A stretch of DNA of 64,000 nt. Source: an uncultured delta proteobacterium (GTDB lineage: Bacteria; Desulfobacterota; Binatia; UBA9968). Below are positions 19,474-27,781 of the stretch, in pieces; position 1 is the stretch's first letter; each line of letters begins with the position of its first letter. The stretch covers positions 768,001 through 832,000 of the forward strand of contig CAVUZH010000003.1 in the NCBI GenBank assembly GCA_963745835.1, written 5' to 3'. The position numbers and the translations under genes were made by a program. Below the pieces are notes generated by a model. The model saw only the letters and a program-made list of their open reading frames with translations, had not been told where the DNA came from and ran no database searches.

Positions 19474-20874
19474 ATGCTGAGATGTCCTATGTATAGCGTG
19501 CTTATCGTTGAAGATCACGACCGTCTGCGAGAGCAGCTAGGGCAATTCTATGAGCAAGAAGGGTATAAAGTAACGACCGCGGCTTGCGGTGAGGAGGGAT
19601 TGCAGAAACTAACGCAAGAAAAATTTGTCCTTGTGGTTTCGGACGTTAAGATGCCGGGAATCGACGGCTTTCAGTTGGCACGCCACGTCCGGGAAAGATA
19701 CCCGGATACAGATGTCATTCTGACGACCGCGTTCGGCAATATCAAACAAGCTGTGGAGGCGATGAAAATAGGCGCAAGTGATTACATTACCAAGCCCTTT
19801 CAGCCTGAAGTCATTCGTCATGTTAGCGAAAAACTGATTGAACGGAGACGCCTTCTGGAAGAGGTGAAGCAGTTGCGCCAGCGAATCAATGAAGAGCATC
19901 AACTTGAGAATATCTTGAGCAAGAGCCCGAAAATGCTCAAGGTTTTTGACCTAATACGCTCGCTAGCCGAAACCGATTCGGGGGTTATGATAACCGGGGA
20001 AACGGGAACCGGTAAGGAGCTGGTTGCGCGCGCAATCCACAATTTAAGCCGGCGTAAGGACAAACAATTTGTTCCGATCAACTGCGGCGCTTTTCCGGAG
20101 ACACTGCTTGAGAGTGAGTTGTTCGGGTATGAAAGGGGCGCCTTCACGGGCGCCGTCCAAAGTCGCGCAGGCAAGATCGAATCCGCAGACAAAGGAACGC
20201 TTTTTTTGGATGAGATAGAAGCGATGGCGGCGCCGATGCAAGTTAAGCTTCTACGAGTGCTTCAACAGCGTGAAGTAGAGCGGCTAGGAGGTAATCGAAG
20301 ATCGAAGATCGATATGCGGGTAATTGCGGCAGCGAACGTGGATTTAACGCTGTGTTTGGCACGGGGAACTCTGCGAGAGGATTTCTACTATCGAATTAAC
20401 GTGATACCGATCCAACTTCCGCCACTACGAGAGCGTCTGGAAGATTTGCCGTTACTGATCGACCATATATTGAGCCGTCACCCCGTCGCTAAAGAAAAAA
20501 ATGTTAAACAACTGACGCCGCAAGTACTGGATCAGATGCTGGGCTACAACTGGCCAGGAAACATACGCGAGCTCGAGAATATTCTTGAGCGCGCTATAGT
20601 CAAATGTCGCGGCGAAATCATTGATATCGTCGATTTGCCGGCGGCACCTCAACGGGTGGTTGATTCCTACCATGCAAAAAATGGTGATAGAGAAGTATCC
20701 TTGAGGCAATGGCTCTCCAGCAGCGAGAAAGAATACCTCCGCAGTCTCTTGATTAAGTACAAAGGTAGTATTTCGTCTACAGCCAAGGAGGCAAAGGTCG
20801 ACAACAAAACGCTGTACCGAAAAATGCGACGCCACGGACTGCACAAGGAATCATTTAAGGATCTTGCTTTTTAA
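19474..20874 (+). CDS. Sigma54-dependent NtrC-family response regulator
   Basis: Receiver with canonical Asp (VVSDVKMP), Walker A GETGTGKE, GAFTGA, LFLDEI, WPGNIRELEN, C-terminal HTH; start may be ATG 19489. Confidence 0.96.
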   Translation: MLRCPMYSVLIVEDHDRLREQLGQFYEQEGYKVTTAACGEEGLQKLTQEKFVLVVSDVKMPGIDGFQLARHVRERYPDTDVILTTAFGNIKQAVEAMKIGASDYITKPFQPEVIRHVSEKLIERRRLLEEVKQLRQRINEEHQLENILSKSPKMLKVFDLIRSLAETDSGVMITGETGTGKELVARAIHNLSRRKDKQFVPINCGAFPETLLESELFGYERGAFTGAVQSRAGKIESADKGTLFLDEIEAMAAPMQVKLLRVLQQREVERLGGNRRSKIDMRVIAAANVDLTLCLARGTLREDFYYRINVIPIQLPPLRERLEDLPLLIDHILSRHPVAKEKNVKQLTPQVLDQMLGYNWPGNIRELENILERAIVKCRGEIIDIVDLPAAPQRVVDSYHAKNGDREVSLRQWLSSSEKEYLRSLLIKYKGSISSTAKEAKVDNKTLYRKMRRHGLHKESFKDLAF

Positions 20875-21186
20875 AGCCGCTAAAACCGTCCCTTTGTCTC
20901 TTAGTTATTTCCCCCCGCACCTTAAACCGCGATAGACTAGTATAGCGAGTGCAAGTTCTTCCAGCACGGCGAGTCTTCTCGGATTCAAGCACTTTCTTCC
21001 TCCTAGAACCGGTTGTAACGCACAAAACATACCTGAAAACACCCGAACCATCTTAGTTATCTTCACCTTCGGGCGGATTTGCCTTTCCGTCGGGCCTTAT
21101 CACCAAACCGGGTCTCAAGAGAGTAGCATCGGTTTATGTGGTTCGAGCACCGAACGTCCGATCCAGCTCATACAAAGCGGCTGTTA

Positions 21187-21199
21187 AAACAATTGGTTA
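21187..21199 (+). promoter_or_regulatory. Candidate IHF site
   Basis: AAACAATTGGTTA, one mismatch to WATCAANNNNTTR, lying upstream of the sigma54 promoter. Confidence 0.35.
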
Positions 21200-21270
21200 G
21201 TTCGTACGACGTGAGTTTATTTCCAACGCTTTTGTAAAAGACATTTATCATCGGCTTGGCAGTTCAGTCG

Positions 21271-21286
21271 TGGCACTCGCCTTGCT
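21271..21286 (+). promoter_or_regulatory. Sigma54 (-24/-12) promoter of the polysaccharide operon
   Basis: TGGCAC-TCGCC-TTGCT, exact match to TGGCAC-N5-TTGCW, directly downstream of a GAFTGA activator gene. Confidence 0.8.
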
Positions 21287-21299
21287 GAACTGGGTGAGC

Positions 21300-21851
21300 A
21301 TGAGTTCATTACAGAGCGGGAATCGGCAATGGTTTGTTGTTTACAGCAAACCTCAAAAGGAAGACTACGCCCAAGTTCACCTAAAACAAAAAGGGGTCGA
21401 AGTGTTTTATCCTCGGTTGTCATTGCCGAGGTCTTCGCAAAAGCGCAAGTTGGTGATTCCACTTTTTCCCAGTTATCTTTTCGTTCGAATCGATCTTTGG
21501 AGTCAATATTATGCAGTCCTTTGGGCGCCGGGCGTGAAGAACTTTGTCAGCTTTAACGACACGCCGGCGCCTTTAGAGGGTGGGATCGCAGAGTATTTAC
21601 TTCAGGGCGCAAATTCTGAAGGAATCATAGAGGCTCATTGCAACTTAAAGGTCGGACAAGAGGTTCAAATACGGGGTGGATCTTTCGACGGTCTTGTCGG
21701 TTTACTGCAAAATGTGCCCGACGCAAGAGGTCGTGTTAAAGTTCTAATGCGACTGTTAAATCGAGAGATCAAAGTGGAAGTTCCAGTTCATTCAGTCGCC
21801 GCTTCGTGGGTTCCGCATGAACGTCATCTCGAAGCAATTATCAGTCATTAG
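21300..21851 (+). CDS. NusG paralog (RfaH/UpxY-type transcription antiterminator)
   Basis: WFVVYSKPQKE, PLFPSYLFV (NGN domain), VGQEVQIRGGSFDGLVG (KOW); first gene of the glycan operon. The ORF-track GTG start at 21270 lies inside the promoter, so ATG 21300 is preferred. Confidence 0.9.
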   Translation: MSSLQSGNRQWFVVYSKPQKEDYAQVHLKQKGVEVFYPRLSLPRSSQKRKLVIPLFPSYLFVRIDLWSQYYAVLWAPGVKNFVSFNDTPAPLEGGIAEYLLQGANSEGIIEAHCNLKVGQEVQIRGGSFDGLVGLLQNVPDARGRVKVLMRLLNREIKVEVPVHSVAASWVPHERHLEAIISH

Positions 21852-22173
21852 GTAAGTGTCGCCAGTGTTGCATTCTCGTTAGCATTAGGTGTACGCACCG
21901 AAGCAAGCTTCCCCTTTCGCTAAGCGTAGAACGAAAAGGTTCCACGCATATGAGACGTAAAAACAGGGATTGCGTTGCACTCAGAAGGGGACGCAATCGG
22001 CCTTACTCGGCGGAGCTATGTTGACCGGCTCCCAAGAGTGTCTACTACTTCAGCACCTATTTTCGCGCTCATCTCAACTCTTTCCTGATACGAATTGTAC
22101 TTTCTACAAGGCAACCGTGAAGACATCCGCTGAGCGCGTGCGGTCTTCTCGCAAAATGCGCACAGGAGTCACT

Positions 22174-23232
22174 ATGATTCATGTCTGTTGGAAAAGAAGG
22201 TCCCTAACCGTGTTCCTTGCGCTTGTGTTAGGGGGGTGCGGCACGGTATCGCAAAATCCGCCGATGAACCGCACCGAAACATCTGCCGCGATACCCAGTT
22301 CATCTACCTTCGCGGCGGACATCAATCGCAGTATCGCGGCGGCGGCAATGCTTCAAAGCTCGGCAGCGTCGACCGATTATCGAATAGGTCCCGAGGATTT
22401 GCTCGAAATCACGTTGTTCAATATCCCGGAAGCAGCCGGAATGGACCGGCAAGTCACGCCCCGAACTGTGACGGTTCGGGTGACACAGCGAGGGCAAATC
22501 TCACTACCTCTGCTTGGCGAAGTAGATGCTAAAGGAGTAACTGTCTCGGAGCTAGAAAAGAGACTGCGGGAGGGATTTGACAGGTATATTTACAATCCGC
22601 AGGTCGGTATTTTGATCAGAGAGTTTCGACAGAAGGTCTCAATTATAGGGGCCGTTCAAAAGCCCGGTGTCGTTGAGCTGACCGGCCCAAAATCTGTGAT
22701 CGAAGTCCTGGCTATGGCTGGAGGCGTTTCCGAAAAAGCTGGCAGTCAAGTTCATATCTATCGCGGCCATGGTACTGAGCGGGAGACTCACGTCATAGAT
22801 CTTGCCATCTTGGCGAATGGAACCGGTTTGATCAATGCAAGCAATGCCGGAATGATAAACATGCCGGTTACCGCCGGTGACATGATCAACGTACCGGAGA
22901 GCGGAATGTATTTTGTCGATGGCGCAGTACGCAAACCGGGTTCATATCCACTTGGTCGACAATATTCTCTCACGCAGGCTCTTGCCAGTGCGGGTGGTAT
23001 AGATACTGAGTTGTATTCGAGCGAAATATCGATTTTCCGGCGCAAAGGTCCGGGGCAAGTTGAAACCTTGGCCTTTAATCTGGACAACATAATGGCCGGA
23101 ACAGCAACTGATCCTCCGATCCAGCCTGATGACGTAATCATGTTGCCGATCAGCACCGCCAAGTTCTTTGTCAAACGTTTCGTCGGAACATTGGTTGGAG
23201 GAATTTCAATCGGTTCATTCCTCGGTATGTGA
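22174..23232 (+). CDS. wza: Polysaccharide export outer-membrane lipoprotein (Wza/OPX family, SLBB domains)
   Basis: ATG 22174 after AGGAG; lipobox LGGC; DYRIGPEDLLEI, GQISLPLLGEV, GAVQKPG, GAVRKPG. Confidence 0.9.
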   Translation: MIHVCWKRRSLTVFLALVLGGCGTVSQNPPMNRTETSAAIPSSSTFAADINRSIAAAAMLQSSAASTDYRIGPEDLLEITLFNIPEAAGMDRQVTPRTVTVRVTQRGQISLPLLGEVDAKGVTVSELEKRLREGFDRYIYNPQVGILIREFRQKVSIIGAVQKPGVVELTGPKSVIEVLAMAGGVSEKAGSQVHIYRGHGTERETHVIDLAILANGTGLINASNAGMINMPVTAGDMINVPESGMYFVDGAVRKPGSYPLGRQYSLTQALASAGGIDTELYSSEISIFRRKGPGQVETLAFNLDNIMAGTATDPPIQPDDVIMLPISTAKFFVKRFVGTLVGGISIGSFLGM

Positions 23233-23255
23233 ACAGCATAGTTTAAGGGAACAAA

Positions 23256-26093
23256 ATGAACGATCTTTCTTCATGGCGGACTCGTGGGGTTCCGCAAAAC
23301 GAGCAGCCTGAGCCGAAGTATTTTTCGCGACGCGAGCCGGAAGAGGTCCCTCTTTCCCATTACTGGAATATCCTAGTTAAACGCCGCAACATCATCGTTC
23401 CTATCTTTTTAGTAATAGTGTTAGCCGGGTCTTATTTCGCTTTATCAGCGACAAAGCTCTATAGGGCGAGTGCGACGATCAAAATCGAGCCGCAGAACCC
23501 ACAAGTAACGGGTATTAATGAATTACAGCCGCTAGACTGGCGCGGCGAATATGATTACTACCAAACGCAATTCGCCCTTTTGTCAAGCAGGCCACTGGCA
23601 GCGAGGGTCATCATTGAGTTGGGTCTCGACTCAAATAGGACTTTCAGAGATGCTCAAGTCGTCAGCCCCAATCCGATCGACCATGTCAAAGCTTGGATCT
23701 CTCGCGCTTTGGGATTTGTCTCCTATTATTTGTCTCCGCTTTTCAAATCTGAGTCGGACGGAAAAGGATCTCAGCTGGCGAATAGAAGCAGTAGCCAGGT
23801 CAAACTCGAGCCTGAGTTGAGCCTTTCGCCTGGTCTGATTAGCCGCTATTTAGGCTTTATCAACATCGAACCGGTCAAGAAAACGCGTTTAGTTAGGGTT
23901 CATTTTACAACGCCCGATCGGGCTTTGTCACAGGCACTTGCCAATGCTCATGTCGAAAATTTTATGCGGATGAGCCTGGAGGGCCGGTTCAGCCTCACCA
24001 GAGAAGCACGCGATTTCCTGGAGGAGAAAAAGAGTGAGCTCCGGCGAAGGTTGGAGAAAGCCGAAATGGCGCTTAACAATTTTCGCCGCTCTCACGGTGT
24101 GGTCTCAGTAGAGAAAGGGGAGAACATCGTCGTAGATAGGTTGGTTGACTTTAACAAGCAGCTCACCGCGGCAAGGGCACAGCGGATCGAGGCTGAATCC
24201 CTGTATCGTACGGTCGAAAACCGCAACAATCAGGAACTTGCTGAAGTAATGAAACAAGGATTGGTCCAGCACCTCAAGGGCAACGTCGCTACACTGGAGG
24301 CTGAAAAGGCCCGGGTGGGTACGGTTTTCCGACCAGATCACCCCCGAATCCAAGAGCTGAATCAGCAGATTGCCGCTGCGCGTCAAGCGTTCGATGACGA
24401 AATTGCTCAGGCGGTCCGTGGAATTAAGTCAGCCTACTCAGCAGCGCTTGCTAAAGAACGCGGTCTAGAAGCCGAGGCCGATAAACAGCAGCACGCCGCT
24501 CTCAGGTTGCGGGAATTGGGTGTTGATTACACACTTCTTCAGGAAGAAGTGAATGCGAACCGATCGTTGTATGAGAGTGTGCTAAAACGCCTAAGTGAAA
24601 CCAACGTTGCCAGTGACCTTGCCGTCTCTAACATGCAAATTGCCGAAAGAGCGGCTATGCCGCGGGGTTCGTCGGGACCCGATGTCGGTATGTATTTATT
24701 GGCTAGTATGGTTTCGGGTCTGTTTCTCGGAATAGGTGCGGCCTTCCTGCGTGAATTCGCTGATTCCGGAATCGCTACGCCTGACGTAGTCTGGCGGTCC
24801 GTTGGTCTCGGTACGCTTGGAGTCATTCCTGAGTTGAAGGGCCGGGGAATGTCTGCTGGCCGGCTCATCGATCGCGTTTACTCCCGCCAGAAAGAAGCTT
24901 CCAAGCTGTTACCGCCACCACGTTCGGCAGCGAAGGACCTGGTTCTTAATCAAAGCTCGCTTTCGATTGTCAGCGAGTCTTACCGGACGATTCGGACCTC
25001 ATTACTTCTGTCGCAGCCCGAGAAGCCTCCGCGGGTAATCCTACTTACCAGTCCTTCGCCTGGTGAGGGCAAGACGGTCACAAGTTTGAATCTCGCCATC
25101 GCTTTGGCTGAGGACGGTTATTCGGTTGTATTGGTCGATGCCGACATGCGGAAGGGGTGTTGTCATGAACGTTTGGGATTAGGGAGGAACGGGGGCCTTT
25201 CGAATGTTCTCAGCGGTGGCCTGTTACTGCGAGACGCCCTACAGCAGACGTCCGTCGAGCGGTTAGCTTTATTGTCGCGCGGCATCCCGCCACCGAATCC
25301 GACGGAGCTTCTAGGATCCCGCAAGATGAAGGAAGTGTTGACTGAGCTGCGGCAACGTTATGATTTCATCATTATCGACTCACCTCCGGTGATCGCGATC
25401 AGCGACGCATCGATCTTGTCGGTTATAGCGGAGGGAGTGCTCCTGGTGCTGAATGCTCAGACCACTTCCATCCCCTATGCACAAAAGGCGGTGGAGCGTC
25501 TCGACGTCATCCGTGCTCATCTTCTCGGTGTGATTCTCAATGCGGTAAATCTCGATGATCCGCATTATTCCTATTACCAGAGTTACAAAGCGTATTACAC
25601 CAATGGGATCGGGAGTGATGCCGGTGTTGATATCAATGGCCACGCAAGCGTCTATGTGCAGAGCGAGAAATCAATAGAGACTAGTCAGCGGCTGGCAAGC
25701 ATGGAGGAAGAAATCGACGTCGGGAGATTGAAGAACGTAAATGGAAACGGTGCCCGGAGTTCCAAGTCTCCTAGACCGAGTTTCGAACCCGCCGTAGAAG
25801 AGCCTTTTGTGACAGCCGATAAGCCGCTGACGGGCTTATCATTGAACCAAGCACAAGCCGCCGGTCCATTAACCAATTGCACTCTGAATCGAGTCATTGA
25901 AGCGCTCAGCGACGCCATCGGCCCAATTGCTCCGATCATTGTTCAGGAGCACATCGCCGCGCTCGGTGAGTCGCGGTATGGCTTTCCAGAACACCGGATC
26001 GATGAGCTGGTGAAATCGCTTCAAGCGGCAATTACAGATGGCGAACTGCAGTCGTTTTCAAAAAACTTAGTCGGAAAAGATTCTCTCTCTTAA
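23256..26093 (+). CDS. wzc: Polysaccharide co-polymerase / BY-kinase (Wzc/GumC) with C-terminal extension
   Basis: Two TM helices flanking a coiled coil; Walker A TSPSPGEGKT, LVDADMR, IIIDSPP, tyrosine cluster YSYYQSYKAYY, then about 165 extra aa. Confidence 0.93.
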   Translation: MNDLSSWRTRGVPQNEQPEPKYFSRREPEEVPLSHYWNILVKRRNIIVPIFLVIVLAGSYFALSATKLYRASATIKIEPQNPQVTGINELQPLDWRGEYDYYQTQFALLSSRPLAARVIIELGLDSNRTFRDAQVVSPNPIDHVKAWISRALGFVSYYLSPLFKSESDGKGSQLANRSSSQVKLEPELSLSPGLISRYLGFINIEPVKKTRLVRVHFTTPDRALSQALANAHVENFMRMSLEGRFSLTREARDFLEEKKSELRRRLEKAEMALNNFRRSHGVVSVEKGENIVVDRLVDFNKQLTAARAQRIEAESLYRTVENRNNQELAEVMKQGLVQHLKGNVATLEAEKARVGTVFRPDHPRIQELNQQIAAARQAFDDEIAQAVRGIKSAYSAALAKERGLEAEADKQQHAALRLRELGVDYTLLQEEVNANRSLYESVLKRLSETNVASDLAVSNMQIAERAAMPRGSSGPDVGMYLLASMVSGLFLGIGAAFLREFADSGIATPDVVWRSVGLGTLGVIPELKGRGMSAGRLIDRVYSRQKEASKLLPPPRSAAKDLVLNQSSLSIVSESYRTIRTSLLLSQPEKPPRVILLTSPSPGEGKTVTSLNLAIALAEDGYSVVLVDADMRKGCCHERLGLGRNGGLSNVLSGGLLLRDALQQTSVERLALLSRGIPPPNPTELLGSRKMKEVLTELRQRYDFIIIDSPPVIAISDASILSVIAEGVLLVLNAQTTSIPYAQKAVERLDVIRAHLLGVILNAVNLDDPHYSYYQSYKAYYTNGIGSDAGVDINGHASVYVQSEKSIETSQRLASMEEEIDVGRLKNVNGNGARSSKSPRPSFEPAVEEPFVTADKPLTGLSLNQAQAAGPLTNCTLNRVIEALSDAIGPIAPIIVQEHIAALGESRYGFPEHRIDELVKSLQAAITDGELQSFSKNLVGKDSLS

Positions 26094-26154
26094 CTGGTCG
26101 AAGTTTCGCTTTCCACAATTTCCTAAACCTGTGTGGTTCAGCGCCTTGAGCTCT

Positions 26155-26170
26155 AGGCGGCATGATTGCT
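26155..26170 (+). promoter_or_regulatory. Candidate internal sigma54 promoter
   Basis: AGGCGG-CATGA-TTGCT (GG-N10-GC) in the gap before the priming glycosyltransferase. Confidence 0.4.
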
Positions 26171-26238
26171 CTCCAGTCGCAGACGCGCGAAGCAAAACTC
26201 CGGAACAAACTCTCACCTGAAGTACAGATAAAGTTGAT

Positions 26239-26277
26239 CGGCTAAGTCTCGCCGGCTAAGTCTAACCCCTTAGCCGG
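26239..26277. repeat. 11-bp direct repeat plus inverted copy (hairpin)
   Basis: CGGCTAAGTCT at 26239 and 26253; CCGGCTAAG (26252-26260) is complementary to CTTAGCCGG (26269-26277). Confidence 0.75.
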
Positions 26278-26280
26278 AGT

Positions 26281-26874
26281 GTGGCACCCCGCCGTATAGC
26301 TCTCAATATGTCACCCACTTTCCGGCGTAGCGTCCTCCAAAGAGCAGTAAAAATTACGGATCTTACGGCCGTTACTGCCGTTTTTTTTATCGCCTTCGCA
26401 ATTGCCTCAGACTCTCTCACTTTGCTCAGTTTTGCCGAGCTCTTAGCCATACGAATTAAATTATCTAATCTGCTTTATTTTGCCGGCTATATTGGGGTTT
26501 GCGCGGTAACGTTTGCCAGCTGCGGCCTTTACGTGTCGCACAGGCTTTCTCGGTTGGGCCGGCATCTCCGTGAGATATTAATCGGGGTAACTTTCATCAC
26601 TACAGTGCTGCTGCTTTTAAGGCAGCCATTGGAGTTTACTTTCGCCAGCAACTATTTCTTAGTTGTCTTTTGGTTACTCAATACCGCCGCTCTCACATTG
26701 CCCCGCATGATAGGTTATCAACTGCTTCGTCGTGCACGTGCACACGGAAGAAATTTGCGGCGAATTGTCATTGTAGGAGAAGGATCAAATGGTAGGGCTC
26801 TAGCGAAACGCCTCGAAAACGAAGTCACACTTGGTTACAAAGTCGTGCAGATCATTGATGCAATGGAGCGTTAG
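26281..26874 (+). CDS. N-terminal membrane half of a WcaJ/WbaP-type priming glycosyltransferase
   Basis: Four TM helices then GRNLRRIVIVGEG...LGYKVV, the typical WcaJ N-terminal layout. Confidence 0.8.
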   Translation: MAPRRIALNMSPTFRRSVLQRAVKITDLTAVTAVFFIAFAIASDSLTLLSFAELLAIRIKLSNLLYFAGYIGVCAVTFASCGLYVSHRLSRLGRHLREILIGVTFITTVLLLLRQPLEFTFASNYFLVVFWLLNTAALTLPRMIGYQLLRRARAHGRNLRRIVIVGEGSNGRALAKRLENEVTLGYKVVQIIDAMER

Positions 26875-26876
26875 CG

Positions 26877-27728
26877 ATGAATGAAACGCAAGTCGTCGAA
26901 GAACTCAACTCAGTGATTGCTGATCAGGCTGTTGACGAAGTGCTTGTGGCGCTTCCGATAGACAAATACGGATCTCTGGTGGAAACCATCGTGCGCCAAT
27001 GTGAAGTGCAAGGCGTCATCGTCCGGGTTCAGACCGGAATGACTAACTTGCACGTTGGAAAGGCATACGTGGATGAGTTACAGGGCGTCCCGGTGATGAC
27101 CATCCAGTCCGGACCGCTGGACAGTTGGCAGCTGGTTGCAAAGAGGGTGATCGATCTTTTAGGAAGTGCGACTCTCCTGTTTGCCTTGGCACCATTCCTA
27201 ATTTTCGTTGCGATACTTATCCGCTTTGATTCGCCCGGGCCGGTGTTCTTTACGCAAGAGAGAGTTGGATTGAATAAGAGGCGCTTTCGAATTTTAAAAT
27301 TTCGAACCATGACGGATGGCTCCGATCAGCAGCAGGGCAGCTTGGAACATCTCAATGAAGCAGAAGGCCCTGTCTTCAAAATTAGGAACGATCCTCGTGT
27401 GACCCCATTGGGTCGATTTTTGCGGCGATTTAGCATCGATGAATTGCCCCAGCTCATCAATGTACTGAAGGGCGATATGAGCCTAGTCGGTCCACGACCC
27501 CTGCCAATTCGGGATGTCAATCGCATCGATCATCAGTGGCACAAGCGTCGGTTTAGCATAAAACCAGGGATCACATGTCTATGGCAAGTGAATGGCCGAA
27601 GCAACATTGGCTTTAATGATTGGGTGCGAATGGATCTGGATTACATCGACAAATGGTCCCTCGCGCTGGACCTTTTGATACTCATGAAAACTATCCCGGC
27701 AGTCTTCCGAGGGCCAGGAGCCTACTAG
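26877..27728 (+). CDS. Sugar transferase (Bac_transf), catalytic half of the priming polyprenyl-phosphate glycosylphosphotransferase
   Basis: VDEVLVALP, KRVIDL, KFRTM, DPRVT, SIDELPQLINVLKGDMSLVGPRP, KPGIT.LWQV.GR. Confidence 0.95.
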   Translation: MNETQVVEELNSVIADQAVDEVLVALPIDKYGSLVETIVRQCEVQGVIVRVQTGMTNLHVGKAYVDELQGVPVMTIQSGPLDSWQLVAKRVIDLLGSATLLFALAPFLIFVAILIRFDSPGPVFFTQERVGLNKRRFRILKFRTMTDGSDQQQGSLEHLNEAEGPVFKIRNDPRVTPLGRFLRRFSIDELPQLINVLKGDMSLVGPRPLPIRDVNRIDHQWHKRRFSIKPGITCLWQVNGRSNIGFNDWVRMDLDYIDKWSLALDLLILMKTIPAVFRGPGAY

Positions 27729-27781
27729 TTATTCTATGTGCACCTGCCCACATCTAAGCCTTTGATAATCCCGAGAATTCT

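Noticed and set aside
20875-22173. ops/JUMPstart element for RfaH
   Set aside because: No GGCGGTAG-type match seen by eye.
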